Virus record (IMG/VR): IMGVR_UViG_3300043570_000570
Location: 52,183-116,182 of that record
Source: a virus
DNA: 64,000 nucleotides
Reading direction: 5' to 3' (one strand)
Under the pieces are notes generated by a model that was not told the origin of the DNA, did no database searches, and worked only from the letters and a program-made list of their open reading frames with translations. Shown here piece by piece: positions 10,728 through 19,761 of the stretch; the stretch's first letter is position 1; the number at the start of each line of letters is the position of its first letter. The translations under genes and the position numbers were made by a program.

Positions 10728-10757
10728 TAGACAAAAAATAATTTAAGATTATATTTG
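10728..10757 (+). promoter_or_regulatory. Bacteroidota-type promoter (TAGAC-N17-TATATTTG), divergent
   Basis: Same spacing; just upstream of the 10775 ORF. Confidence 0.6.
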
Positions 10758-10774
10758 TACAAGGAGGATTTGTT

Positions 10775-11047
10775 ATGTCGATGGATAAAATTAAAAAACC
10801 AAATGCCCAGGAAGTATTTGATATTTTCTTACTAGCACTCCAAGATGAGCAAGTAAAGCTAGAAGGAGATATAGGAGGATTTAAATTAGCTCTCTATGAT
10901 GGCTTTAAAACATTTACTTATCGTAAGAAGTATAACGAAGAGATGCTATTTGACTACATTGAAGAAGCTTTAACAGAACTTTTAGATGAAGATCAACCTA
11001 TGCAACAGACTGACTACATGCATGCTCAGAAGTCAGCAGGAATTTGA
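10775..11047 (+). CDS. Hypothetical protein
   Basis: 90 aa, own promoter, opposite strand to neighbours. Confidence 0.6.
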   Translation: MSMDKIKKPNAQEVFDIFLLALQDEQVKLEGDIGGFKLALYDGFKTFTYRKKYNEEMLFDYIEEALTELLDEDQPMQQTDYMHAQKSAGI

Positions 11048-11099
11048 TTCCACAATTTATCCACAGAGCAAACAGTTGACTACAAAATGTAGTTACCTT

Positions 11100-11385
11100 C
11101 GTAGTGACATCACATCTTTGTGTTCGCAGACGAGGATTTAAAAGTAATCTGCTAGAAGTTGGATTGTATGAGTAGCCCTCAGAGGTGAAAAGAGGTTTCT
11201 CCGATAGTGTCAAAATGTTCTAATAAAGTTTACAGTGCTCTAACCTACAACTAATAGACCGTAGGCAATAAGTGGACAGAATAGAGACTTAGCTTCTGAG
11301 AGGCTATTTGGTTAAAAACTGCTGTAATATAAGTTAGAATAGAAAGTCAAAATAGACTACTTCTCGAAGAGAGAAGGAACCTATC
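11100..11385. ncRNA. Candidate structured non-coding RNA
   Basis: About 290 nt with no credible ORF; stem 11173-11185/11293-11306 (one bulge) plus hairpins 11126-11152 and 11244-11265. Confidence 0.35.
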
Positions 11386-11832
11386 CTATTTTAAACTTTC
11401 AAACCCATTCTTAAACGACTTCTCTAAAGCCTTAGAATAAGCTTTTCTGTTATGAGGAATACCTTCTACAGAAATAAACATAGCATTAACGTAAACTACT
11501 TTACTAGCTTCTCCTTGAAGAAGAATTCCATTTACGTTAATTTCTGTACTTACAATATATTCTCTTTTAAGAAACTGTAAGCCTACAATATTTACAAGTT
11601 GTTCAGGCATTGCAATGGATTTGATTTTTCCTGAAATAGGACTGCCCTCATTACATAATTGGTACTTTGAAGAAGCAATCTCTTCTAGAGTAGTTTGTGC
11701 TCCAAAGATTATAGGTCTTCCTCCTATCTCTGTTACAGTTGCAATTGAAGTTACAGTGTCAATCTTGTAGCATTGAGCACTCAGAGAAGTCATCATAGTG
11801 ACTAAAGCGGAAAGTATAAATAGTTTTTTCAT
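11386..11832 (-). CDS. Exported protein, possibly a distant CsgG/LptE-like alpha/beta fold
   Basis: Signal peptide ending LSA|Q; C-terminal helix SKALEKS echoes GKATRKSLE of the CsgG-like gene. Confidence 0.5.
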   Translation of the reverse strand: MKKLFILSALVTMMTSLSAQCYKIDTVTSIATVTEIGGRPIIFGAQTTLEEIASSKYQLCNEGSPISGKIKSIAMPEQLVNIVGLQFLKREYIVSTEINVNGILLQGEASKVVYVNAMFISVEGIPHNRKAYSKALEKSFKNGFESLK

Positions 11833-11896
11833 GTTTTAGGATAATTTATATTCTGCCAAAAGTATAAAAATAAAACAGTTTTGGCAACCTATAGGT

Positions 11897-12880
11897 TTAG
11901 TAAGTTACTGCTCCAGAGTATCCAGGAGCTATTATGTAGAGATTTAAAGTTCCTCCACTAGTTAAAGTAGAAGTTGTATGAGTGGAAACTCCAGGATACG
12001 TTCCTCTTACATTAGTAGCTGCGGCTTTGATAGCATTGTATTCAGTTAAAGTAAAGATACGTACATCAGGAGCTGTTCTCCATTTAGAAAATCTTCCTGC
12101 TTTTCTTGCAGCTACATAATACTTATCTGCTACAGAGATTATCTTGTCATCATTGACATCAAACATATGGAAAGATAAACCATTTCTACTAGTCTTATTT
12201 AAAACTACATTGGCTACTGCTTGAATATCTGTATTAGTGTAGGCTTGGATTCTAGTGGGAGCATTTACTTCTATATAATATTCTTTAGAAGGATCATAAG
12301 CTTCTGAAATCGAGTAGTAGCCAGCAGAGTTAGTATAGATTGTTTTGTAGAGAGCCCAAGAAGAAGTTGTAACTAAATACTCAAACTCTAGTACGTAAGC
12401 TAGATTGTTATTATTGTTTAGGTCATTCCATCTACCATTAGATACAAACTGTACATAGTCTTCATTACCTGAGTTGTTAGGTTCTCCACTGTTCCAGTTC
12501 TTATAAGAGTAAGTTTCTCCTGTTACCCATCTCCAAGTTCCTTCTGTTACTTCATCTGTTAAACCTATCCAGCCAGAAGGCCATAAAGCAAATAAAAAAC
12601 TTTGTTCTCCTGATGTTGTAATAGTTACTAAGTGACCACCCATATTAGAACAGTTAGTTCTAGCTGTAGTCCAAGTAGCACTACCTGTAGAACGGTAATA
12701 AGAGTGTCCTCCGTAGTTCTGTTGATTAGTGAATCCTGTAATGGTTTGGTTTGTTCTTCTGTAGAGCTTTATAGCCACATTAGAAGCACCAGAACCATTT
12801 GCATTATACAAGTATCCAGAGTAGGTAAATTGTGCACTCAGTGAGTTCACAAAGAAGAATAGAATAACAACCCATCTCAT
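11897..12880 (-). CDS. Exported C-type lectin protein with dockerin-like Ca-binding module
   Basis: Signal peptide LSA|Q; CTLD motifs GGHLVTI, WIGL, EPN, WND; DVNDDKIISVAD loop; no T9SS tail. Confidence 0.85.
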   Translation of the reverse strand: MRWVVILFFFVNSLSAQFTYSGYLYNANGSGASNVAIKLYRRTNQTITGFTNQQNYGGHSYYRSTGSATWTTARTNCSNMGGHLVTITTSGEQSFLFALWPSGWIGLTDEVTEGTWRWVTGETYSYKNWNSGEPNNSGNEDYVQFVSNGRWNDLNNNNNLAYVLEFEYLVTTSSWALYKTIYTNSAGYYSISEAYDPSKEYYIEVNAPTRIQAYTNTDIQAVANVVLNKTSRNGLSFHMFDVNDDKIISVADKYYVAARKAGRFSKWRTAPDVRIFTLTEYNAIKAAATNVRGTYPGVSTHTTSTLTSGGTLNLYIIAPGYSGAVTY

Positions 12881-14349
12881 ATTAATAACTTTGCTCCCAT
12901 TAAGATTTGAAAGTTAAGAATGTCTTGACCTGCAACATAAGTTCCTCCTCCTGTAATACCTAAGCCAAATGTCTTTGTCATTTTCCAGGTCAAATTTACA
13001 AAAGGAATTACAATCGGTTTAGCTTTAAATAAAGATTCTGTATAATACTTAGAATAAGGAGAATAAATACCAGCCATAATAACTGTAGCATCTATATGCT
13101 TAGTGAGTTTTCCTTTGTACATAAAACCTCCTATAACAATAGTAGAGATCATTTGTTCTCCATAGAGTTTACCGTAAGTTCCAGCAACTCCGTAAAGTGC
13201 TGTAAGATTCTTAATTGAATTTACTCTAACAAACAGAGCTGTGTTAGAGAAGGCTTTAGGCATCAGACTCATTCCATCTGATACTACACTAATGTGTTTA
13301 TGCCCTTTTTTGTTTGCTCCTATCCAAGAGCGTACGCATGAGATATTACCGATCTTAGCATTAAGCATGTAATCGGCTGAAAACCCAAGAGAAGAAGTAC
13401 CATCCCCTTTTACTCTTGTAAAGGAAGCAGTACCTCTTGCATCTTGTGCTCCATCAGACTTAGTCTGAATACCAACTAAATCACCAGTTACTAAGATCGC
13501 AGGCTTAGCAACTTCGGCTTTAGCTTTATTGGCTGCTTTCGCAGTACCACTAGACTGAGACTTTTGTTGCTCAGTCTTAGTTTCTTCTACTTTTTGTTCT
13601 GAGGGTTTCTCGGTTTGTACTTCCGTTTTTTCTTCGGTTTTACCACTACTTCCTGAGCCACTTCCGCTCCCACTGCTACCACTGGAGCTTCCACTACTGC
13701 TTCCGCTACTACTTCCACTACTGGAGCTGGAGCCACTGCTTCCTGAAGTACCATCTCCGCTGCTTCCTGAATTGGGATCTGGGGAATTTCCACTTGAGGT
13801 TCCTGAGGTTTCTGAGGAGTTAGATCCACCGTTTGTTTGTCCACTTTCTCCTGACGAGCTGCCAGAAGAATTAGAATTACTAGAGCTACTGCTAGTACGA
13901 TTCCGAGAGTTAGTTCGATTGTCATTGTTATTGGTTTTATTGTTGGTTCCTACGTTAGTCCCTGAAGAAGTACTTCCACCTACATCTACGTTAACACTTC
14001 CTACATTTGATATAGCCCCTAAGTTCATAACATTACTTACAATGTTTAAGGTCGCATTTGTAGTCGTGGTTGTTGTAGTGGTTACTCCAACTCCTTGACA
14101 GGGTGATGTATTTTTATACTTCAAATATACACTATTTATCCAACTATCAAATGTTCCGTCTGTTAATTCTGTATAAGAGAAAGTTTGGACCTGTCCATAG
14201 TAAGCAATTACTATAGGACTAGACATATTTGCGTTAATAAATTTTAATTCCTGCGTGCAAGGGTCTGTGTATGAATACATAAAGCTCTGACCTTTTAGGG
14301 ACAGAGCTAGTATGCAAAAGATTAATAATATTTTAGTTTTTAAATACAC
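12877..14349 (-). CDS. Exported protein with Ser/Gly linker and C-terminal beta-barrel-like domain
   Basis: Signal peptide LKG|Q, ~100 aa S/G/N low-complexity linker, ~200 aa of alternating amphipathic strands. Confidence 0.6.
   Translation of the reverse strand: MYLKTKILLIFCILALSLKGQSFMYSYTDPCTQELKFINANMSSPIVIAYYGQVQTFSYTELTDGTFDSWINSVYLKYKNTSPCQGVGVTTTTTTTTNATLNIVSNVMNLGAISNVGSVNVDVGGSTSSGTNVGTNNKTNNNDNRTNSRNRTSSSSSNSNSSGSSSGESGQTNGGSNSSETSGTSSGNSPDPNSGSSGDGTSGSSGSSSSSGSSSGSSSGSSSGSSGSGSGSGSSGKTEEKTEVQTEKPSEQKVEETKTEQQKSQSSGTAKAANKAKAEVAKPAILVTGDLVGIQTKSDGAQDARGTASFTRVKGDGTSSLGFSADYMLNAKIGNISCVRSWIGANKKGHKHISVVSDGMSLMPKAFSNTALFVRVNSIKNLTALYGVAGTYGKLYGEQMISTIVIGGFMYKGKLTKHIDATVIMAGIYSPYSKYYTESLFKAKPIVIPFVNLTWKMTKTFGLGITGGGTYVAGQDILNFQILMGAKLLI
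13587..13925 (-). CDS. Candidate overprinted membrane-anchored protein nested in 12877..14349
   Basis: Alternative frame, same strand: N-terminal TM helix, E/V/P/A-rich stalk, basic tail KPKKKRKYKPR; A-rich leader AATAAAACCAATAACA-ATG. Confidence 0.45.
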   Translation of the reverse strand: MTIELTLGIVLAVALVILILLAARQEKVDKQTVDLTPQKPQEPQVEIPQIPIQEAAEMVLQEAVAPAPVVEVVAEAVVEAPVVAVGAEVAQEVVVKPKKKRKYKPRNPQNKK

Positions 14350-15022
14350 CTGCCTTAATGAGATTTTGAATCACATTAGTACAAGCAGTTTCTAGAGACT
14401 TTCTGGTAGCTTTACCGACAGTACTTTGAGAAAATTTCATATCGTCAAGAGACTTTAAGAAAGATTCGCCTATCTTTTGTGATTCGCCTTCTCCAGATCC
14501 AATGTATATCTGACCTGTCTTTGCGTCAACAAAACGGACTTGTAAGCGAATAAAGGTAGTGACAGCAACTTTTGACTTAAGACCTTCAGCTTGCTCGTCT
14601 TCATCAACAGCAAAATCAGCCACAGTAACATACACAAAATAGTGAGCAGGTTTAATCTTACCTTTTCCATCAATGGGTTCATCAAATACACCTTTCTTTG
14701 AAGCTTTGAACTGAGTCACCATCCTCTCCTTGATTTCAGCCTTCTCCTCAGTAAATACAAAACGATTTGTTTCATCTAAATAGTCTAATACGGATTCTGC
14801 AAAACCTAAGCCTACGTTCTTTTCCTGTAAAGCAGGATACAAACTTAAGACTTTTGTCATGTCTACACTAACTACTTGAACTGTTTTTTTAATAGAATCT
14901 GTATAACCAGATACACTAGAGATGTCCTTAGATACTACAGGCTCATCATCTGTGGTTGTTTTCATACTACCACAACCAAACAATACAACAGTCAATAACA
15001 GACTACCAAGGCTCTTCATCAT
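14333..15022 (-). CDS. CsgG/HfaB-family outer-membrane lipoprotein
   Basis: Likely start MMKSLGS (15022); lipobox LFG|C; L.ETNRFVFTE, VRFVDAKTGQI and GEGE motifs of CsgG-like proteins. Confidence 0.8.
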   Translation of the reverse strand: MMKSLGSLLLTVVLFGCGSMKTTTDDEPVVSKDISSVSGYTDSIKKTVQVVSVDMTKVLSLYPALQEKNVGLGFAESVLDYLDETNRFVFTEEKAEIKERMVTQFKASKKGVFDEPIDGKGKIKPAHYFVYVTVADFAVDEDEQAEGLKSKVAVTTFIRLQVRFVDAKTGQIYIGSGEGESQKIGESFLKSLDDMKFSQSTVGKATRKSLETACTNVIQNLIKAGVFKN

Positions 15023-15314
15023 CTGGCTTTGGTTTAGTTGCTGGAGCAGGAGCAGCTGCAGGAGCAGCCTTCTCTTTAATAATGACAGTGTTACCACCAC
15101 CAGTATTTGCTTGTTGCTTTTGTTCGTTGTTCGTAGTGATGTTAATCACAGGTGCAGGGGCTGCTACAGCAGTTGGAGTTTCTGGCTTTTCATCTTCGCC
15201 ACCACCTAAGTGAGTAGCAAACCAAGCACCTCCTGCTGTAACAGCAGTGGTGATTGCTCCAATGATTGTTTTTTTGATAGCGGACATACCGCTTTCTTCT
15301 TTTTCTTCTGACAT
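15003..15314 (-). CDS. Small single-TM Pro/Ala-rich protein
   Basis: Likely start MSEEKEE (15314); stop overlaps the CsgG-like start. Confidence 0.65.
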   Translation of the reverse strand: MSEEKEESGMSAIKKTIIGAITTAVTAGGAWFATHLGGGEDEKPETPTAVAAPAPVINITTNNEQKQQANTGGGNTVIIKEKAAPAAAPAPATKPKPDDEEPW

Positions 15315-15318
15315 GATA

Positions 15319-15669
15319 TTATGAATTAGTTGTGTTTGATAGTGATTCTCCGTCTTCCTCATCGACCTTCTGTATTAACATCTTGTCTCTGTCTTCAGAG
15401 TTAAACCAATAGTCAACTACTTTGTTTAAGTTACCTACAAAGGCACCCAAGAGAATAAGTAGCAATTCTTTCCAGTCTTCTCCAATAGAAGCTCCCATAA
15501 ATACTGCTGCATTGATTCCAAGAATAATTAAAGTAAACAAACCTAACACAATAGCGGTAATTTTCCAACGATTGGCTTGCATTTGTTGTAGCATGTAGTA
15601 GAACCTGTTTTTAGGATCTACTGCTACTGGTTCTGCTTGGGTAAGACCAAGTGCTTTTTTTATGTTCAT
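15319..15669 (-). CDS. Two-TM inner-membrane protein
   Basis: Two hydrophobic helices; ATGA overlap with the upstream gene. Confidence 0.7.
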   Translation of the reverse strand: MNIKKALGLTQAEPVAVDPKNRFYYMLQQMQANRWKITAIVLGLFTLIILGINAAVFMGASIGEDWKELLLILLGAFVGNLNKVVDYWFNSEDRDKMLIQKVDEEDGESLSNTTNS

Positions 15670-17567
15670 TTTTGTACAATTATTTTAGAATGTAATACTT
15701 CTGTCTCAGTAGTTACAGAAAGAATATAAACGCCATCAGAGAGACGATCTAGGTTTGCACTATACTTGTACTTACCTGCGGGCATACGTTGTTTTAAAAG
15801 AGTCTCTATGCGTCTTCCTACCTCATCTGAGATAGCCATGTCTACGTTAGAGTCTTCTTTAATCTTGAATTGGACTTGGATGTTTCCTTCTGTAGGGTTA
15901 GGGAATACTATAATAGAGTTTAAGTCGTTAAGCGAAATAGTTCCTTTGTTGACTCTACGAACTTCAATGATTCCCATAGCAGGAGTAATGTTCATATCCT
16001 TAGAGTCTTTATCTCCTACGTATTTAGCACCTGTCCACAAAGCTGCACTTGCCCAAGAGTCTTGGGGTTTTTTAGCAATGAACTGAACTTTAAAAGCTTG
16101 TTCTCCATCGTTAAGCATGTTCTCGTTAGTTAAGTCAGCACCTCCCCAAGAAACCATTCCATTAGAAGGGTTCATGTAGGTAGTCCACTTCATCATCTTT
16201 TCAGAGTTCTCAATACCTTTAAACTCTAAGTAAGCTGTGTCGTACCTAAGATCTAACTGTAATGCACCTAAGTTCTTTCCGTTAGTCAAAACTTTAACAG
16301 GAACGTTAACTAGGTTTCCTTCTTCTACACTTACTTTAGGCATATTTACCTCAATAGTTTCTGCAGGGAAATCATAACTTACAGTTTCGTCAATAATGTA
16401 ACGCTTTGCGTTAGCTTGATTAGTAATTTTAATAGGAGTCAAACGAGCCATCTTAAATCCTGTAGCATTGGCGTCTCCCTTAACAGCTACGTAGTAAGTG
16501 ATAGAATCATTACCATCTACACTGTAAGTAAAGTTATTTATAGTAGAGTATGTGGAGGTCAAGTTAGATGTGGCGCCATTGATTGCATTGTATTCAGCAA
16601 CTGTAAAGAACATTACGTCTTTTTTAGAGTTAGGCCATGCAGTAAATCTACCTGCCAATCTTCCGTAAACAGCGTATACGTCAGCAATAGAAATATCTCC
16701 AGTAGTTCCGTTTACATCCATTGTGTAGTAATCAAAGCCTGTAGGAGTGTATTGACCTAAGATAGATTGATTAATCTTCTGTGCATCTGCAGTAGAGAAT
16801 ACATTACCTGGGATCATTGTGTCTCCTTTAACTACAATGCGTACATCCCAATAAGTAGTATCTAGGAATTTCTTAAACACAGTAACACCCAATGAGTTAG
16901 TCTTTTGTGAAGCAATCTGAGACCAAGTTGAAGAACCTTTAGCTCTCTTCTCTAAACTAACAGTTAAGTTCTTAGCATCTGTACCAGTTACGTTTTTAAA
17001 CTTAGTAGCAAAACGCAATACTTTCTGATTGAAACGTCCACCGTAAGAGTAAACTACCAAAGTAGTATCGTTACCCCAGTTAGTAGCAGCTCTGTTAGAG
17101 AATGACTTAACACCTGATACTTTTAAAGTCTTGATAGAATCTAAACTATTCCATACAGTTTCACCTGCGTGAGTAAAAGTCAAATCAAATGTAGCTCCGT
17201 TAGAATAGTTAAAAGTAGAACTAGATCCTGTGTAAGCCAAAGTAACTGTCAAGAATCCTTGTAGGTTACTATCTACATACTGAAGGTATTGATCAGAAGC
17301 AGAAATCTTAAGAGAAGGCACAACTCCTGTAAAAGCAGTCTTATCATAGAATACACGGAATTGCATACCTGTAATCTTCTCTGAAGTAGAAGTATTGTAG
17401 AAATGCAGAGGAGCAACTGTTTGACCTACAGTAGTTGTTGCTACTTGATAGCCTGAGTCAATTACTACCCAGTGACCTGTACCTGGAGAGGTAGCAGAAG
17501 ATTGTGCTGATGCATTGCCAACCAACAATGTGAGCACTCCGATGAGGACTTTGATTATTTTATTCAT
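15666..17567 (-). CDS. Cohesin-CnaB-like-dockerin-cohesin protein with T9SS type A C-terminal sorting domain
   Basis: Signal peptide ASA|Q; cohesin-like ITGMQFRVFYD and VNVPVKV...LGALQLDLRYD; dockerin-like STADA...DVNGTTGDISIAD; CTD VFPNP...GR...LSDGVYIL...KIIVQK. Confidence 0.85.
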   Translation of the reverse strand: MNKIIKVLIGVLTLLVGNASAQSSATSPGTGHWVVIDSGYQVATTTVGQTVAPLHFYNTSTSEKITGMQFRVFYDKTAFTGVVPSLKISASDQYLQYVDSNLQGFLTVTLAYTGSSSTFNYSNGATFDLTFTHAGETVWNSLDSIKTLKVSGVKSFSNRAATNWGNDTTLVVYSYGGRFNQKVLRFATKFKNVTGTDAKNLTVSLEKRAKGSSTWSQIASQKTNSLGVTVFKKFLDTTYWDVRIVVKGDTMIPGNVFSTADAQKINQSILGQYTPTGFDYYTMDVNGTTGDISIADVYAVYGRLAGRFTAWPNSKKDVMFFTVAEYNAINGATSNLTSTYSTINNFTYSVDGNDSITYYVAVKGDANATGFKMARLTPIKITNQANAKRYIIDETVSYDFPAETIEVNMPKVSVEEGNLVNVPVKVLTNGKNLGALQLDLRYDTAYLEFKGIENSEKMMKWTTYMNPSNGMVSWGGADLTNENMLNDGEQAFKVQFIAKKPQDSWASAALWTGAKYVGDKDSKDMNITPAMGIIEVRRVNKGTISLNDLNSIIVFPNPTEGNIQVQFKIKEDSNVDMAISDEVGRRIETLLKQRMPAGKYKYSANLDRLSDGVYILSVTTETEVLHSKIIVQK

Positions 17568-17578
17568 GTGTTTTAGTT

Positions 17579-18043
17579 TTACTTAATTTTACTTAGTTTG
17601 TGTATTTGTTCTACAGCGTTTGCCTGTAACCAAGGCTCTGGGGTTGGTAGTTTGTTTATAAAACTTAACTCGTATATGTAGCACTTAAGTTCTTCTTCTT
17701 CTAGACTCTGAGTTACTGGATGTAACAAATAGTTTAAGTGAAGACTCTCATGTACTAGAACGCAAGCTAAGTTGGCTATTGAGTTCATCTTTGCATCTCC
17801 TACGGCTATGTAAATAGTGTTTCCGTCTTGAGAGATGTTATTAGAAGAATAGGGACTAATCCAAAAGTCTACTATGTCGCAGACATCTATTAATCTAATG
17901 TATACATTGACATCTGTTTGAGCAATTAATGCTAAGGCTGAGTCTACCTTTAAATCCCAACCATCCCCTGCCTTCATCACTTTAATCTGAGAAAAGCAGG
18001 GAATAGAAAGAATTAGAAAAAGACTAATTAGTACAGATTTCAT
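17579..18043 (-). CDS. Exported HExxH zinc metallopeptidase-like protein
   Basis: Signal peptide CFS|Q; VLVHESLH with downstream EE. Confidence 0.7.
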   Translation of the reverse strand: MKSVLISLFLILSIPCFSQIKVMKAGDGWDLKVDSALALIAQTDVNVYIRLIDVCDIVDFWISPYSSNNISQDGNTIYIAVGDAKMNSIANLACVLVHESLHLNYLLHPVTQSLEEEELKCYIYELSFINKLPTPEPWLQANAVEQIHKLSKIK

Positions 18044-18710
18044 AATCTTCTACTAGATAGATTCTTTTTGCTTTATGTTTTAATTTCTTACATTCTCTGA
18101 TATTAGAAGCAGCCACTCCTACAAACTTTGCAGCTTCTTTAGAGTTTAAGAAGATGTGGGTTTCTCCTGTAATAGTGTTAGTTAACTTAAGATTTTTTTT
18201 ACTATTAGAAATACTTTGTTTTATAAGATATTCTTCTGTCTGTAGTTTTCCTCCATAATTAGGATTGTTACTACCAGAAGAAGATTCTGATATCTTACTT
18301 AAAGACTCTGTAGAGTGTCTCTTTCCATAGAACGCATTGTTTATTCCTATAGCTTTTAAAGACATAAGTTGTTTTGTACCTAATGACAAAACTTTTTTCT
18401 TTTCATGCGTAGGGGTTAGATAACAGTTTAAACCATTCTCTACACTACAAAAGTGTTCTTGATAGTATCTTTCTCTTTCTAATAGATTTTCACTAGAACA
18501 AAATTCTAGTATTTCAATCTTGTGTAAGTCAACACCATGCTTTACCAAAGAATTATAAATAGCTCTTTGTTTCTTAACTCTATTTGGGGTTAAGTAGTAA
18601 CTACAACGTATACGCAAGTTAACAGCCTCACCTACATAGATTTTGCCTGTAGGAGAAGTTATCTTGTATATACCTGAGGTACTAGGAAACCCCAAAATAG
18701 AATCATGCAT
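18024..18710 (-). CDS. GIY-YIG homing endonuclease with NUMOD3-type repeats
   Basis: SGIYKI...IYVG, ERERY, N.FYGKRHS.ES..KIS, NPNYG. Confidence 0.88.
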   Translation of the reverse strand: MHDSILGFPSTSGIYKITSPTGKIYVGEAVNLRIRCSYYLTPNRVKKQRAIYNSLVKHGVDLHKIEILEFCSSENLLERERYYQEHFCSVENGLNCYLTPTHEKKKVLSLGTKQLMSLKAIGINNAFYGKRHSTESLSKISESSSGSNNPNYGGKLQTEEYLIKQSISNSKKNLKLTNTITGETHIFLNSKEAAKFVGVAASNIRECKKLKHKAKRIYLVEDYEICTN

Positions 18711-18711
18711 A

Positions 18712-19269
18712 TTATTTAATGTCTTCTGATTTAATCAAAGTGTAGGTAAAAGAATCTCCCTGTAATTTAGCACCTTTCTCGCAGATTGCAAGAAATTTAT
18801 CAAAATCAGCAATCTTTTTAAACACCTGGCAACCATGTGACCAGTCGCCAACTTGCTGACTATCAACTCCTGCTTTGTGAATGTTGATACCAAATACACC
18901 AGTCTCAGTTTTATCTTCTTGGTATACTCCGTCTTTAGTATAGTCACGGAATACAGTAAGAGGAGCTTTCTGCTTAAGACACTTGTATTTACCTTGGTGA
19001 AGACCTACACCATGTGATCCTGGATATTGTCCTGGTTTAACACGAGCAGTTCCACCACCGTTATCTGTGGTACAAGGCCAGATATGGAACTTCCATTCTC
19101 CGCCTTCTTTATAGCTCAAAGTCATCCAATCATCAAATGCATTGGTAACTTTTTGTCCTGTAGCACTATTACGAATACCAATTACATTGATATTAAATTC
19201 TCCGTTCTCGAAGTATTTGTGCCCTTTAGCTTTAACAGCTGCTTCGATTTGTTCTCTAGTAAAACTCAT
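18712..19269 (-). CDS. Endolysin-like peptidoglycan enzyme (L,D-transpeptidase-like catalytic motif)
   Basis: GINIH...WSHGCQV His/Cys motif; next to a holin-like gene. Confidence 0.7.
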   Translation of the reverse strand: MSFTREQIEAAVKAKGHKYFENGEFNINVIGIRNSATGQKVTNAFDDWMTLSYKEGGEWKFHIWPCTTDNGGGTARVKPGQYPGSHGVGLHQGKYKCLKQKAPLTVFRDYTKDGVYQEDKTETGVFGINIHKAGVDSQQVGDWSHGCQVFKKIADFDKFLAICEKGAKLQGDSFTYTLIKSEDIK

Positions 19270-19311
19270 AGTATTTTATATTTTAGTTTATAGTTTATAG
19301 TTTATAGTAAA

Positions 19312-19560
19312 TTAATCTTCGCTAGGTGCTTCTGGCTTCTTCATAATCTTCTCAACAGAAGTCAAACCTAAACAACCAAAAGCCAACAAAGCAACTGCAT
19401 CCACCAAAGGAACAGAAGGAGCAAAGTGAGCTTCGGTAAAAGAGTTAGCGTACAATGTAGCGCATAGTGTAACTGTGCATGCTAATCCGCACAATCGTTT
19501 CATGGAGACAACACCCTTCTCATCTTTGAAGAGTCCGCCAATAAAGTTTAATAGTTTCAT
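19312..19560 (-). CDS. Holin-like two-TM protein
   Basis: 82 aa, S.KR motif then two TMs, directly upstream of the lysin. Confidence 0.6.
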   Translation of the reverse strand: MKLLNFIGGLFKDEKGVVSMKRLCGLACTVTLCATLYANSFTEAHFAPSVPLVDAVALLAFGCLGLTSVEKIMKKPEAPSED

Positions 19561-19731
19561 ATGTTACCTTTTTTATTCTTTAAGAATTTAATAATGTCTT
19601 CTATGACCCACTTAGAAAGTAGGACAGTGAGAAAAACAGTTAAACTCACCAATACAGTAATATCTGAGAAAATGTTCAAAGCAACTTCGGACTTTCATAG
19701 ATAGTAGAGGTGAGAAAAGGTTGGTTATGGG

Positions 19732-19761
19732 CAAAGATAAAACTTTAAAAAAATAAGTCAA
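19732..19761 (-). promoter_or_regulatory. Promoter TTGAC-N17-TATCTTTG for the holin/lysin/surface cassette
   Basis: Same spacing as other copies. Confidence 0.65.

Noticed and set aside
11897-12880. C-type lectin as a diversity-generating retroelement target
   Set aside because: No reverse transcriptase or template/variable repeat pair seen; it is a canonical EPN/WND CTLD
15023-15100. N-terminal extension of the CsgG-like ORF given in the track
   Set aside because: It is the shifted frame of the Pro/Ala tail of the upstream gene; the lipoprotein signal starts at MMKSLG
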